From Giardia intestinalis (taxonomy: Eukaryota), in the NCBI GenBank assembly GCA_000002435.2, contig CM018793.1: a DNA stretch of 64,000 bases. One strand, written 5' to 3'. This document shows, in pieces, positions 21,681-31,914 of this stretch. The translations under genes and the position numbers were made by a program. Position 1 is the first letter of the stretch; each line of letters opens with the position of its first letter. Under the pieces are notes generated by a model. That model was not told where the DNA came from. It made no database searches and saw only the letters and a program-made list of their open reading frames with translations.

Positions 21681-22613
21681 ATGTCCTACACTCAACTGAG
21701 TCGAGAGCTTCATGGGCTGGTTGAGGCTGGAGATGAGGTTGGCCTGGCTGTGTTTACTCGCAGGTTCAACGAGCTTCAGCGATCAGAGATGCAGATAGCC
21801 TATCAGGCTTTTCGCGGAGTGGACCTAACGTCCGAGATAAATAAGCGCCTTAAGAACAAAGCTCATGCAGAGCTCCTATCTTCGCTGTGGAAGGAAAGGA
21901 CCACAAATATCGTGGACACGCTCCAGGTCTTGATTAAGCGCAAGAAGAAGTGCCCCAGAGTCGTGCTTTCTGTGGTGTTTGGTAGTTCTCAGAACCAATG
22001 GGAGAAGGTGTCGGCAAGCTGGACAGCAATGTATAAGAATGATCTTTTGACTGCAATCAAGCAAGCCATTCAGCCTAGTGATTTTGTGAATCAGCTCATT
22101 GATAAGTGGGCAGCGGGGCCGCGATCTAACAATGGACAGCTTCGAGAAGGTGCCTATGCTTTAAAACAATCTTTACATGGAGAGGAACAGCCAGCTTTTG
22201 CAAATATTGACGATACAATGGACTACGACAAACTTTCTACAATTCTTGCCACCACCTCCTCCACAGAATGGCCTACCATAGTTTCCATTTATGAAAAGCT
22301 CTCAGGTGTTGCATTCGATAGCCTCCATATATTAGGTTCAAAGAAGTCCAAGATGGCATATGACACAGAGATATTGCACCTCGCAGCCCAGTTTGCTCGC
22401 AGCCCGGCAGAAGGCGTGGCTTATGCATTGAACTGGGCTGTTACTGACAAGGATCTTAGCGACATTTGTTCTTTGACAGCCCTCTTTGTCGACAAGGCTC
22501 CTCAGACAAACATCAGGTACCAGAAGTACGGGGTTCTCCGAGATGATCTCATAGCTGTGCTTACAAGTAAAGTGGCGGCTCCTATCGTCGAGCTTTGGGC
22601 TCCCGAGGCATGA
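21681..22613 (+). CDS. alpha-giardin paralog (annexin-like), second of + strand triplet
   Basis: The protein reads MSYTQLSRELHGLVEAGDEVGLAVFTRRFNELQRSEMQIAYQAFRG..., showing annexin repeat architecture. The track start at 21654 is TTG. The ATG at 21681 sits in ccataaaattATGTCC, the same MSY start context as the other alpha-giardins. Confidence 0.75.
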   Translation: MSYTQLSRELHGLVEAGDEVGLAVFTRRFNELQRSEMQIAYQAFRGVDLTSEINKRLKNKAHAELLSSLWKERTTNIVDTLQVLIKRKKKCPRVVLSVVFGSSQNQWEKVSASWTAMYKNDLLTAIKQAIQPSDFVNQLIDKWAAGPRSNNGQLREGAYALKQSLHGEEQPAFANIDDTMDYDKLSTILATTSSTEWPTIVSIYEKLSGVAFDSLHILGSKKSKMAYDTEILHLAAQFARSPAEGVAYALNWAVTDKDLSDICSLTALFVDKAPQTNIRYQKYGVLRDDLIAVLTSKVAAPIVELWAPEA

Positions 22614-22640
22614 CGTGGATGGATGTTAGTAAATTAAAAG

Positions 22641-23738
22641 ATGTCATACGGGAATATAGTAGGCCAGATAAGGGACATCCTAGATAACAGAGACCTTAAT
22701 GGGCTAATAGATGCAACAATTAGATATTCTCGACGCCAGCGGCGAGAGATCTCGCACCATTATGAAGAGTCATATGTATCAAGTTTTTCGCCAGGGAAGG
22801 AAGAAGAAGCCACGCAGCCCCTGAAAACAAGGAGAACAGTGTCAGAGAAAATGAGAAAGAACTACTTGTCAGATGCTGCGGATACCATCTTATCTGTAGA
22901 AGATACGGGGGTCATCCGACGTGATCTAACTGTAACAGAAGCACGGATGTTAGACTTAGCGACGATGGTGGCAGCAAGTAGCTATTCACCAGTGCTTGCA
23001 GAAGACATAGGAAAGTGCTTTAGAGGTGACGTGGGGGCTCTTCTTTCTTACTGGTGGTCAGACCCACTTGATTTACAATGCAGACTTCTCCACGATGCTT
23101 TGCGAGGAAAGGGGTGGCACGAGTATGTAGTCTCGATGTGTGTGTTTATGTGCCGGACAGAGGTTGACTGGCTGCGTCTCTGCAACACTTGGCATGCTAA
23201 GCACGGGACCGACCTTCGTGAACACGTTTACAAATGGGCGAATCCAAAACGCTCAGGGCATTCACTAGTGCTTTCGTGGCTGACCTACGATAAAATCACG
23301 TCTCCAAGTGCAGATGCAGATGCACTGACAATCAAGGAGGCTCTTGATAGGTCGGATCCCGACTTTGATTCTATAATCAGGGTTTTTGGTCTCAGATTGC
23401 CTGAAGAGTGGAAGGTAATCGTAGCTGCATACAAGAGAAGGTTCGGACACACTTTAGAAGAGGCCCTTGCCTCGATTCGATCTAAGCAGAAAGACAAGAT
23501 CTTCTTTGCCCTAGCACATGCCTCACTTCTGGGGCCAACTGCATTCACATGCTCTGTCCTTGATATTGCTGTACAGAATAAGGCATCTCCATCGTACTTT
23601 GCACTGATAGCAGGGGCCTTCTGTGATGCTGCCCTGAGAGGGGACGACGTATACGCAGACGAACTCTATAGCACTCTCACGCGCTACCCGCGGCAGTTCA
23701 CGGAGATATTCGTGAGCTTGTGGACGGCGGCGCCATAG
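22641..23738 (+). CDS. alpha-giardin paralog (annexin-like), third of + strand triplet, with C-terminal extension (365 aa)
   Basis: The protein reads MSYGNIVGQIRDILDNRDLNGLIDATIRYSRRQRREISHHYEESY... with repeated annexin-like helical units. The start context is taaattaaaagATGTCA. A plus-strand AGTAAAC lies at 23789-23795, downstream of the stop. Confidence 0.75.
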   Translation: MSYGNIVGQIRDILDNRDLNGLIDATIRYSRRQRREISHHYEESYVSSFSPGKEEEATQPLKTRRTVSEKMRKNYLSDAADTILSVEDTGVIRRDLTVTEARMLDLATMVAASSYSPVLAEDIGKCFRGDVGALLSYWWSDPLDLQCRLLHDALRGKGWHEYVVSMCVFMCRTEVDWLRLCNTWHAKHGTDLREHVYKWANPKRSGHSLVLSWLTYDKITSPSADADALTIKEALDRSDPDFDSIIRVFGLRLPEEWKVIVAAYKRRFGHTLEEALASIRSKQKDKIFFALAHASLLGPTAFTCSVLDIAVQNKASPSYFALIAGAFCDAALRGDDVYADELYSTLTRYPRQFTEIFVSLWTAAP

Positions 23739-23985
23739 GAGCAAAGCAAAATTCGTACCATTGTTTACTCTTATAGGAGCCTACGGTCAGTAAACTGCTG
23801 CGGAGCCTGTCCGACGCTCTACTTGCTCCTGGCCTTCATGTGCCGCCTCTTACGCTTGAGCTTGCGCATACGCTTCTTCGCCCACTTCGCCCTCATAATT
23901 TCGTTTTCAAAGTCCTTCTCCTGCACTGTCCTTTTACCGTTTAATGCAGTATTGCTTATGATGCAGAACACAGATTCCCATCAAT

Positions 23986-26900
23986 ATGGAGGAGGGTACA
24001 AGGCACACAATACCGCTCCAGGACATTGTACGCGAGGCGCTGGCAGAGCAGGTGGAGTCCTTCACCCCCATTAAACCACCTCCGCCGCACTTTCTCAACG
24101 AAATTGCAGCTGGACGTAATCGTCAAGCTGCTCGGAGCCAGATGCTTGAGGCGGCACGGAAGAGGGTTTCGGAAAGAAAGGACAGCAAACGGTCCCACAC
24201 CGCCAACATGGATTACTTCACTGGTGATACTATTAATCTACGCCACCTTCGGGAGGAGAAACGTCGAGCAGCTCTCATTGTTGATCGTGCAAACTATCTA
24301 GAGCACGTGGAGGATACTCGTAAGCCACTGCAGCTCTCCAAGAAAGAGATTGAATTTCACAGTTACTTATCAGGAAATATCTATTCCCAGACGATTGTGC
24401 TCACCAATCCAGGACCAACGTCTCGGAGGTATAATATTCTACCTCCGGATGCACCTTTTACTTGCGCTACACTTGCAGGGGAGCTGAAGCCGGGGCTTTC
24501 TAAGACAATAGAGGTACTCTTTCGTCCAGAAAGCTGTGCAGATGCTCAAGGTGTACTTACAGTCCGAGCAAAAAATTTTCAAGCAGTAGTGCCAATTCGA
24601 GCAGCGAATGAAAAGGCTAATTTCGTGTTTTTAGATTGCTGTTTAGACAATAATGAAAGCTCTGACATCTCGAACATCAAAGTAGAAGAGATAGCGCCTT
24701 CAGACTCACGTAAATATAACAAAGTGTTTAACGTCGATCTGGGTCCAATGATGTGTCGCCACGCACAGAAGCACAACCTTAGTCTTATATTGCAACACAA
24801 GGCCACCATGCCATGGCAAGAGTATGTGCAAACTCATAGGTTGCCAATTCAATCACAATATGCAGAGCAACCTCAGGAAGTTCCAATCCTACATTCGATC
24901 CATGTTACAAGTGTTTCAGTAGAGAACTCTAGCGGTGAATGCAAGATGGATTTATATCTAAATAAGGAATCGTGTGAAGGTTGCTATTTTCCGCTAGATC
25001 CTCCGCTGAGCGGCATGCGAACAAAGCTGGGGAAAGACAGACACGCGCGCTTAGAGACTGCTATGGCTCTTGCAGAGAGCGTTGGGCTTCTGGATCCTGC
25101 TGGGGTAGGTATTCATCTGCGGACTTCGTTCAGAAAAGATGCGAGTCTGAATGCGGATAGCCCAGTCGCTGTTGGTTCTTTGTCCTCATCTGCTAGAGAT
25201 AGGCCGGAATATCTGTGTAGAATGGAGCCGGATGGCATATTGTCCTTGGAGCTGGAGTTTGGAGATAACATACAAGCGACAGATACGCATATCGTTTCTA
25301 TTCTAACTGCAGAACGATCGTCCTTGGAGATTCGGCTGCAAGGATACATTAGCAGTGGGTTTGTCGAGATATCTTCGGTAGGCTCTACGCCCCTATCTAC
25401 CAAACCACGTAGTCTCATCAATATCAGCCAATTTCTCGATGGAAACTATACCCTTCTACCAGACCAGCTTTTGAATATTAAAACTAGCCTGTATACTGAT
25501 GGAGTGCAGAGGCTTCCTATTTACATTAATATTAGTAGTCTTCCCGACAAGCTGCTGCATGTATCATTATTGGAGTATACCCATGAGTTAGCCAGAGGTA
25601 TTGTGCCTGCAAACAGATTTCTTGAGAATCCACGAGCAGCATACCCCTGCGAATACATCGATACTGTTCGTCCAACTTCTACAAGTAGCTCGTCTCAATT
25701 GGGTATCTTTTCAATTCAGGATATCAAAACCCTTGCTGACATCCCAACAGAAGATAATGGTCAGATTGACAGCTATATGAAAATACTCAATCTATATTTG
25801 CATTTTTCTGAAAACATTACCACACCACAGAGATGCATCTTGGAACTTTCATACTATCTTCCTGGTGTGTATGCACCGATATTGCGAATTCTATTCACTG
25901 CTGTTCCTATCAGACGTAATCCAGCTTCAGTCAACATGCTGGAGACGGCATTAGCAGAACAGCTGCTGATAAACAGTTTGACGGAGCTCCGATCTGAAAA
26001 GAGAACCGATTATATATTTATTTCCAAGCCGTCTATTGACTTTGGTCTAGTTGCCGTATCTGAGACGGCCAGATTCTGTTTCAGCGTCCGTAATTGCAGC
26101 AAGACAGTCTTTTTCCCATTCATAGTGAGTATAAATCTGAAATCTCACGCAGTATCTATTACAGCGGGCCAGACTCCAGGAGGAATCAATTTCGTCTTGC
26201 ATGATAACACAATAGAGGGGAAGAGTCGTAAAATCTCAGAGACTGTTGAGTTCCCAGATGTTGTGGAGATGCTAGATAATGCTAAGCGCACTTCAGCTAT
26301 TGAAAAGCTGAAGCCGGTCATCACCACAGCTGGAATGGAGCTGAAGGGAGATGATGAAGCTTGTGAAGAAGATGTTTCTCAGTTGAAACAGGCTCTTCCA
26401 GGAAATGTTAATGAATTCCTCAAGCATAACAAGGTATTTGTACCAACTAATGTCCCAACCATCAGAACAACTCAAGGTAATACAAAAGCGCTCAAGGAAC
26501 TAAAGATAAGCAAGCACTTGGCTAACAGCTGTCTCGGTACTAGCACTGGATCTGGATTAAGTGTCAGTGGAAAAGCTTCCATCACATTTGGGGTCACCCA
26601 CTCCAACGACGCAGAGCACACCTCTTCCGTTCCTGAACTAGAGACTCTTAAGTCACGGATGCTGAAGAACAAAGGGAATATAACAGGACTCAACGATGTG
26701 CTGAGTGTTTATCCCTCTTGTGGTATTCTTCCACCTCGTACACAGGTGCAAATTAATGTGGAGCTTTGTCCTCTATCTATAGGTCCCATAGAGGCATTTC
26801 TGGTTATAAACACACCCTCGTCTCAATATTATGCCAATGTCATTCGGAGGATACAGGTACACTTGAAAGAGCAAGAAATGCGCATGTCAACTTATCAGTC

Positions 26901-29900
26901 TGGGTTGAACAAGACGGCCCTAGATCGCATCTACAAGGAGCGTTGCCTTGTAACAGTCCCCGAGCTCGAGCTTATACGCTATCAAGAAAAGCTTAATAAT
27001 ACGCGTCTTTACTCTGCGTCTGACAAACCTATAGACGGTATACTAGGCCATACTAGAAGCACGGCAAGTCTTACCCATGTTAGAAGCAGGAAAAGTCTTA
27101 AGAGCTTAACAGATACGTCTTCACTGGACGACGAGCAGCCGCTGTGGCTTGGGAATGCGGATACAAATCTTTCGGATGACACTAGAGATGAATTCCTCAC
27201 TGAAACTCCCGAAGGAATCATGTCTAATGATAGAGACGTCTGTTGTAGGGTATTTGGTGTTGTTGCTGCACCATCTGTAGCATTTCTAGAAGAATTTATA
27301 GAGCCGACAATGGACAGCGTTAAGTCTGTTACCATTCATCTTAAAAATACTGGACTAACAGAGATAACCGTCAATCTAACTGTTCTGAAAGGAGATGCAA
27401 TGCTAATCCAGCCCATCACCGATGAACAGCGAGCGATACTGACACCAAACTCACTCATGGCATTGGTTAACTCGACCCTTTTACGAAAAGATATTACACT
27501 TACATTGGGTGTTAACGAGACTATACCAGTAGACGTGATGCCTGGTGCCGAGCACGACTCTTATGTTGTGGCGCGCAAGGAGCTATCCTCTTTCGGAGCG
27601 TTAGCGTACAAAATTAGTAAGGACCAGCTAGATCTTTCTGACAACGTAATGCTTTCTGCAGTTCTTATTAAGGCCCGAGTAGAGTCTCCGCGGCCTTATA
27701 TCTACCTTGCTAATGATCCACAGAATAAGTACATAATTAGTGACCCTAAGATACCCCTTACACCAGAGATATTCCTAGATACAAAGCCATACAAGCCGGT
27801 AGTCGTTGAATTCGTTATTGCTAATCCATCCGGCAACCCCTTTACTGCCGAGCTCACAACAGGTCCCGACTTGGTTGCTCCCAGTACTATCAAGATCCCG
27901 CCCAAATCAAAAACGTTTGCCGCTTTTGCAATTCTTCCAGATAGATCCGGTCAGATGACTACGTTTATTAATTTCCACGATTGTCCAGTGCGAATTACCC
28001 TTAACGCAATTGGACCAGATATTGTTATCTCTTCTCCCTATATTAAGAACTCTAATTTGTTGGTTGATCATCAAGGCATGGCAGACGACGTTCTTCCTAT
28101 TACTGGGCCACTGGACCTCTCTAAAGACATGTCAGTTAGCCACAGACAACCAAAGAAGAGCTCAAAGTGGGACGAGATATTAGCCATTTTGCCAAACAGA
28201 ATCATCCACGTGCCTCTTACTTACACTGAACTAACAAATATAATCTCTGACTGTGTGGATACGCGGTCAGTAGATAACGAAGGAGACGACCCCGGTGACC
28301 CTAACGAAGATGCAACACAATCACAGATGGAAGTACTAGATACTCATCTAGCCGGCGGAGTCAAGCTGCCCAGCTCGCAGCAAGAAGCCTTTGCCCCTGT
28401 AAATAGGGACGCAAATCCTATATACCGCATGACAATAGAGGACACAGGAAAGGTGGTGCGTCCCTTGCAAAATTATCTTGACATACTTGACAGCAAGAAA
28501 TATGGAACCGTCATCTCTCAAACTGCAACTTTCAATCGTAGAGAAAACAATAAAAAGCCGCTAGATTTTTCTCGTATGCTGACAAGCAGAGAGCGATTCC
28601 TTGAAATCAGACAGTATCTGCCATCTATCTCTTTCAGCAAGACTGTCGGTGAAACAGCCAGTAGGGTATGTATTAATGTATTCAACCCCACAGTCACCGA
28701 TATGGACGTCGATATCAATGTCTATGACATCCCCAGCAGCTTTATAGGACTGAGAGCTGCACGAGACACTTCTGGCCATATCTATTTACATCCCTCGGGA
28801 CCATTTGTCTCTGAGTCTGTAGAGCACAAGCCTGATTTTGGGCGTCTAGGTCCAGAGTTTGACATGACTGTGCTGCATAGTGACCAGAATTCAGAATCAG
28901 CTACAATCAATACCCCTTCAACTCCAGCAGTGGACTCTACCACGGGTCACCATTTTGCAGCGCAGCTATTGCAGAGGAATGATGATAAGGGGAAAGGAAT
29001 CAACAAGTATTTTAAGGCATCGCCTGAGCACGTGGTTGTTGGCTCTCAGAAGTCCGCAAAGGTCTACATAGAGACCATGAACTTTGACGCCTTTCGAGAG
29101 TTTGAGGGGCTACTAAGTATAAAAGGGCTCTTCTTGTTGCTGAAGTGTCAACGTGTGCAGCCTCAGATATCTCTCAGCGACGGTATTGAGCTTATAAACA
29201 TTGCTGGCTCGTACGAGCGAGATACAGACTTGTTGCTCAATATTTCCAATCCTACGGATGACTGTATGTACACCTTGCTGTTGGACGTGCCTCCGCCCTT
29301 TGAGCTTCTTCAGAAGGAGCTAGCAGTTACCCCTACGCTTTTACGGCCGCACGGACTGCTCAGCTTCAAACTCATCTTACCTGCAGTCAATTGTCTCAAG
29401 ATGGCGCAAAACCAGTGGGTTGGGAAAGTCCCGAGGTCTCTTGAGGCAGCAACGACAATTCTAGATTTACTCAAGCAAGAGAGGACCAAGTTCCTGTTTG
29501 ATTCTACGCTCACCGTCATATTTCCAGAGTGTCGTGATGCGGAGAATACACCATATAATATTGTCTTCCCGATAGCATGTAGGATTGATGCGCCTGCCAT
29601 CACCCCAGAGTTCAGTAATGTAACCTTTCAACCAGCCTTTGTGGGTGAGTACTCTACGAAGTACATCAAGATTGAAAATCCAATCCATCTCTCTGCGTCC
29701 TGGGAAATGCTCCACGTACCACTAGGAGATGCGCAGAAGGTTGCAAACTTGGCCATTAGGAAGCTTCCACCCATGCATCATTTAGAGAACCTGCGCGAGC
29801 TCAAAGAGAAATACCTAGTCAACGAGCTTAATGACATTAAGGCCATTCTTCAGGCTGTGAACAGCACGTTTACGGAGAAGGCTTATGGATCTCTGTTTTA

Positions 29901-30186
29901 TGATGGGCTGACAAATACTATCATGGTCGATGATCCATCAGTCTTCACATTCGATTGCTTTAATGGAGTCATTGAGGGGCACAACAATACACACCCCTAC
30001 AAAAACTTCACAATTACGGCCAGATTTACTCCTGCAGATAACACGAAGAACTGTGCACTGTGTGCTACCAAGGATGGCGAAAAGAAAATAAAATTCTTTT
30101 CAGTATTCTATATTAGAGTGTATGGTGGTGCCGGCGCGTGGATTTTCATGACTGGAGAGGTCACGGAAGATATCTTCCAAATATGA
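23986..30186 (+). CDS. large (2066 aa) protein with multiple ASH/MSP (PapD-like) domains, likely cilia/flagella-associated (CFAP65/CFAP74/hydin-like)
   Basis: At least five segments fit the ASH/MSP beta-sandwich signature: IEFHSYLSGNIYSQTIVLTNPGPTSRRYNILPPDAPFTCATLAGELKPGLSKTIEVLFRPE..., FGLVAVSETARFCFSVRNCSKTVFFPF..., PSCGILPPRTQVQINVELCPLSIGPIEAFLVINTP..., FGVVAAPSVAFLEEFIEPTMDSVKSVTIHLKNTGLTEITVNLTV and PVVVEFVIANPSGNPFTAELTTGPDLVAPSTIKIPPKSKTFAAFAILP. The gene starts at a true ATG. Confidence 0.5.
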   Translation: MEEGTRHTIPLQDIVREALAEQVESFTPIKPPPPHFLNEIAAGRNRQAARSQMLEAARKRVSERKDSKRSHTANMDYFTGDTINLRHLREEKRRAALIVDRANYLEHVEDTRKPLQLSKKEIEFHSYLSGNIYSQTIVLTNPGPTSRRYNILPPDAPFTCATLAGELKPGLSKTIEVLFRPESCADAQGVLTVRAKNFQAVVPIRAANEKANFVFLDCCLDNNESSDISNIKVEEIAPSDSRKYNKVFNVDLGPMMCRHAQKHNLSLILQHKATMPWQEYVQTHRLPIQSQYAEQPQEVPILHSIHVTSVSVENSSGECKMDLYLNKESCEGCYFPLDPPLSGMRTKLGKDRHARLETAMALAESVGLLDPAGVGIHLRTSFRKDASLNADSPVAVGSLSSSARDRPEYLCRMEPDGILSLELEFGDNIQATDTHIVSILTAERSSLEIRLQGYISSGFVEISSVGSTPLSTKPRSLINISQFLDGNYTLLPDQLLNIKTSLYTDGVQRLPIYINISSLPDKLLHVSLLEYTHELARGIVPANRFLENPRAAYPCEYIDTVRPTSTSSSSQLGIFSIQDIKTLADIPTEDNGQIDSYMKILNLYLHFSENITTPQRCILELSYYLPGVYAPILRILFTAVPIRRNPASVNMLETALAEQLLINSLTELRSEKRTDYIFISKPSIDFGLVAVSETARFCFSVRNCSKTVFFPFIVSINLKSHAVSITAGQTPGGINFVLHDNTIEGKSRKISETVEFPDVVEMLDNAKRTSAIEKLKPVITTAGMELKGDDEACEEDVSQLKQALPGNVNEFLKHNKVFVPTNVPTIRTTQGNTKALKELKISKHLANSCLGTSTGSGLSVSGKASITFGVTHSNDAEHTSSVPELETLKSRMLKNKGNITGLNDVLSVYPSCGILPPRTQVQINVELCPLSIGPIEAFLVINTPSSQYYANVIRRIQVHLKEQEMRMSTYQSGLNKTALDRIYKERCLVTVPELELIRYQEKLNNTRLYSASDKPIDGILGHTRSTASLTHVRSRKSLKSLTDTSSLDDEQPLWLGNADTNLSDDTRDEFLTETPEGIMSNDRDVCCRVFGVVAAPSVAFLEEFIEPTMDSVKSVTIHLKNTGLTEITVNLTVLKGDAMLIQPITDEQRAILTPNSLMALVNSTLLRKDITLTLGVNETIPVDVMPGAEHDSYVVARKELSSFGALAYKISKDQLDLSDNVMLSAVLIKARVESPRPYIYLANDPQNKYIISDPKIPLTPEIFLDTKPYKPVVVEFVIANPSGNPFTAELTTGPDLVAPSTIKIPPKSKTFAAFAILPDRSGQMTTFINFHDCPVRITLNAIGPDIVISSPYIKNSNLLVDHQGMADDVLPITGPLDLSKDMSVSHRQPKKSSKWDEILAILPNRIIHVPLTYTELTNIISDCVDTRSVDNEGDDPGDPNEDATQSQMEVLDTHLAGGVKLPSSQQEAFAPVNRDANPIYRMTIEDTGKVVRPLQNYLDILDSKKYGTVISQTATFNRRENNKKPLDFSRMLTSRERFLEIRQYLPSISFSKTVGETASRVCINVFNPTVTDMDVDINVYDIPSSFIGLRAARDTSGHIYLHPSGPFVSESVEHKPDFGRLGPEFDMTVLHSDQNSESATINTPSTPAVDSTTGHHFAAQLLQRNDDKGKGINKYFKASPEHVVVGSQKSAKVYIETMNFDAFREFEGLLSIKGLFLLLKCQRVQPQISLSDGIELINIAGSYERDTDLLLNISNPTDDCMYTLLLDVPPPFELLQKELAVTPTLLRPHGLLSFKLILPAVNCLKMAQNQWVGKVPRSLEAATTILDLLKQERTKFLFDSTLTVIFPECRDAENTPYNIVFPIACRIDAPAITPEFSNVTFQPAFVGEYSTKYIKIENPIHLSASWEMLHVPLGDAQKVANLAIRKLPPMHHLENLRELKEKYLVNELNDIKAILQAVNSTFTEKAYGSLFYDGLTNTIMVDDPSVFTFDCFNGVIEGHNNTHPYKNFTITARFTPADNTKNCALCATKDGEKKIKFFSVFYIRVYGGAGAWIFMTGEVTEDIFQI

Positions 30187-30197
30187 TACTTTTGCAA

Positions 30198-31121
30198 CTA
30201 GAAGATTGATGTGCTGGTACTAGAGATGCCTGTTGTGTACTGCTGCTTCAGCTCCTTATACTTGTTATCTATTGCTGTGTTTTGAAGATGAACCCGTTTC
30301 TGAAGGTTGTGATAGTATTCAGACATGTGGCTGTCAAAACTTACATATCCTTGGCCAGGGGGTGTCTTTAATTCACCCCCCTCAGCGAAGATATCACTTT
30401 CTACATACTGAGGTAGTAAGGATTCCTGCGGTGGGGGTGCCACGGTAACTAACGATGAAGGCTGCTCAGATGCAGGGTTGAAACCGACTTCAACCGCAGT
30501 GGGGCCAGGTGGTGCAGGTTTGGCCGGTTCATCTTCATGAATACAACATTGGCAAGGGCGTGGAAGCGGCGCAAATGATGGAACTGGTGGTTTGGGATCT
30601 GGATAGCCCGGGTGACGTCGCCTATGATGGGCCAGCAGGAATTCATAGGCTCCGAACATCTTCCCGCAATGTAGACATGTTGGTAGGGCCTCGACAACCT
30701 CCGGACGCACAGACATTAGCCTATACATCATGTTCTCTGTCTCATGCTTTTGTTGTATGTGCTTAATCTCAGCCTTCAGCCTCTCAATCTCTTGTTGCAG
30801 GGATACTGCCAGATTGGGATCTGTTTGAGGAGTGACAAGCTCTCGGAGATATGCCTCACACTGAGATGTAGTGTAGAGAAGATACTGTGCAAAATATTGC
30901 TGCACTTGGCAGAGCTTTACCGCCCAGTTTGGTGTGTTTCTACTGCACACAAAAGCCCCTATATCTCCGTACACTAATGAACTCAGTGACGTGTTCAATC
31001 TAGCTATGTCCATATAGTCAGGGTTTAGCTCCATAACCTGCCGTTCATTAAAAAGCCCTGTGGTTCTTTGAAAGGTAAATTCGCTAGTTGGCGTGAAGTC
31101 TATGGTAGAAAACGGTTCCAT
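30198..31121 (-). CDS. DZIP1/Iguana-like protein: Dzip-like N domain, coiled coil and a single C2H2 zinc finger
   Basis: The zinc finger CLHCGKMFGAYEFLLAHHRRRH follows the C.HC.K.F...EFL..H..RRH pattern of the DZIP1 finger as I recall it. N-terminal FTFQRTT...NPDYMDIARLNTSL...AVKLCQVQQYFAQYLLYTTSQ resembles the Dzip-like N domain, and a heptad region (QQEIERLKAEIKHIQQKHE) sits between them. The C-terminus is proline-rich. The gene is divergently paired with the proteasome gene across only 42 bp. Confidence 0.45.
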   Translation of the reverse strand: MEPFSTIDFTPTSEFTFQRTTGLFNERQVMELNPDYMDIARLNTSLSSLVYGDIGAFVCSRNTPNWAVKLCQVQQYFAQYLLYTTSQCEAYLRELVTPQTDPNLAVSLQQEIERLKAEIKHIQQKHETENMMYRLMSVRPEVVEALPTCLHCGKMFGAYEFLLAHHRRRHPGYPDPKPPVPSFAPLPRPCQCCIHEDEPAKPAPPGPTAVEVGFNPASEQPSSLVTVAPPPQESLLPQYVESDIFAEGGELKTPPGQGYVSFDSHMSEYYHNLQKRVHLQNTAIDNKYKELKQQYTTGISSTSTSIF

Positions 31122-31163
31122 AAGCTGTAGCTCCGCTCCAAATGTTTATTAAAAGTTTTGAAG

Positions 31164-31808
31164 ATGTCAGGCAAGTACGACTCGTCCCTCACCGTCTTTA
31201 GCCCCGACGGACACCTTATCCAGGTCGAGCATGCACATAAGGCGGTTGAGCGAGGAACATCTGCGGTGGCAGTCCGCTCTGCAGCAGGCATTGTACTTGC
31301 CATTGAACGTAAGCAGACAGCAAGGTTACAGGATCCACGCGCCTCCCAGAAGATCTTCGATGTAGACGACCACATCATTGCAACATTTGCTGGACTCACG
31401 GCCGATGCTCGCGTCCTTATTGATAGGGCAAGGCTGGAATGTCAAGCGTATAGGATGACGTATGATGTGGCCCCGTCTGTAGAGATAATTGCCAAGGCTG
31501 TTGCGAGCATTCTACAAAGCCACACGCACAGGGGAGGCACTAGGCCCTTTGGGGTCTCGATCATTCTGGCTGGAAATGATCTCAATGGTTCCCATGTATT
31601 CATGTGTGATCCTTCCGGAGTGTATACCGAATGGAAGGCACTGGCCATCGGAAACCAGTGTGTCACCATAATAGAGTTTTTGGAGAAGAAGCTAAAGGAG
31701 GGAGAGCCGCAGAACACAAATGATGCACTTTCATTAGCAAAGGCTGCACTCAGTGAGCTTATTGATGTCAACGATGAGACATTTCAGTGCAAGGTATTGA
31801 AGGCCTAG
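31164..31808 (+). CDS. 20S proteasome subunit alpha type-7 (alpha4/PRE6-like)
   Basis: The protein reads MSGKYDSSLTVFSPDGHLIQVEHAHKAVERGTSAVAV... The segment ATFAGLTADARVLIDRARLECQAYRMT...RPFGVSIILAG...DPSGVYTEWKALAIG matches the human PSMA7 sequence I recall almost block for block. The track start at 31158 is TTG. The ATG at 31164 is preceded by tttattaaaagttttgaag. Confidence 0.9.
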   Translation: MSGKYDSSLTVFSPDGHLIQVEHAHKAVERGTSAVAVRSAAGIVLAIERKQTARLQDPRASQKIFDVDDHIIATFAGLTADARVLIDRARLECQAYRMTYDVAPSVEIIAKAVASILQSHTHRGGTRPFGVSIILAGNDLNGSHVFMCDPSGVYTEWKALAIGNQCVTIIEFLEKKLKEGEPQNTNDALSLAKAALSELIDVNDETFQCKVLKA

Positions 31809-31914
31809 ACCACTTCACTGCTCTTGTTACAGTCGTTCCTATGTCACACTTAACGATCAAGCATACTCTGACAGAGTAAGCGTCCAGCGTCCACTTAATT
31901 TACAGTAAATAACA

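Noticed and set aside
23739-23985. Possible VSP, high-cysteine membrane protein or transposon content near the alpha-giardin arrays
   Set aside because: There are no CXXC-rich ORFs, no reverse-transcriptase, integrase or transposase motifs, and no terminal repeats. The spacers contain only short AT-rich promoter and poly(A)-signal-like elements.
30198-31121. Calling the C2H2 protein a generic transcription factor
   Set aside because: It has a single finger in a coiled-coil context with a Dzip-N-like N-terminus. This fits DZIP1-type basal-body proteins better than DNA-binding multi-finger factors, though the call remains low-confidence.
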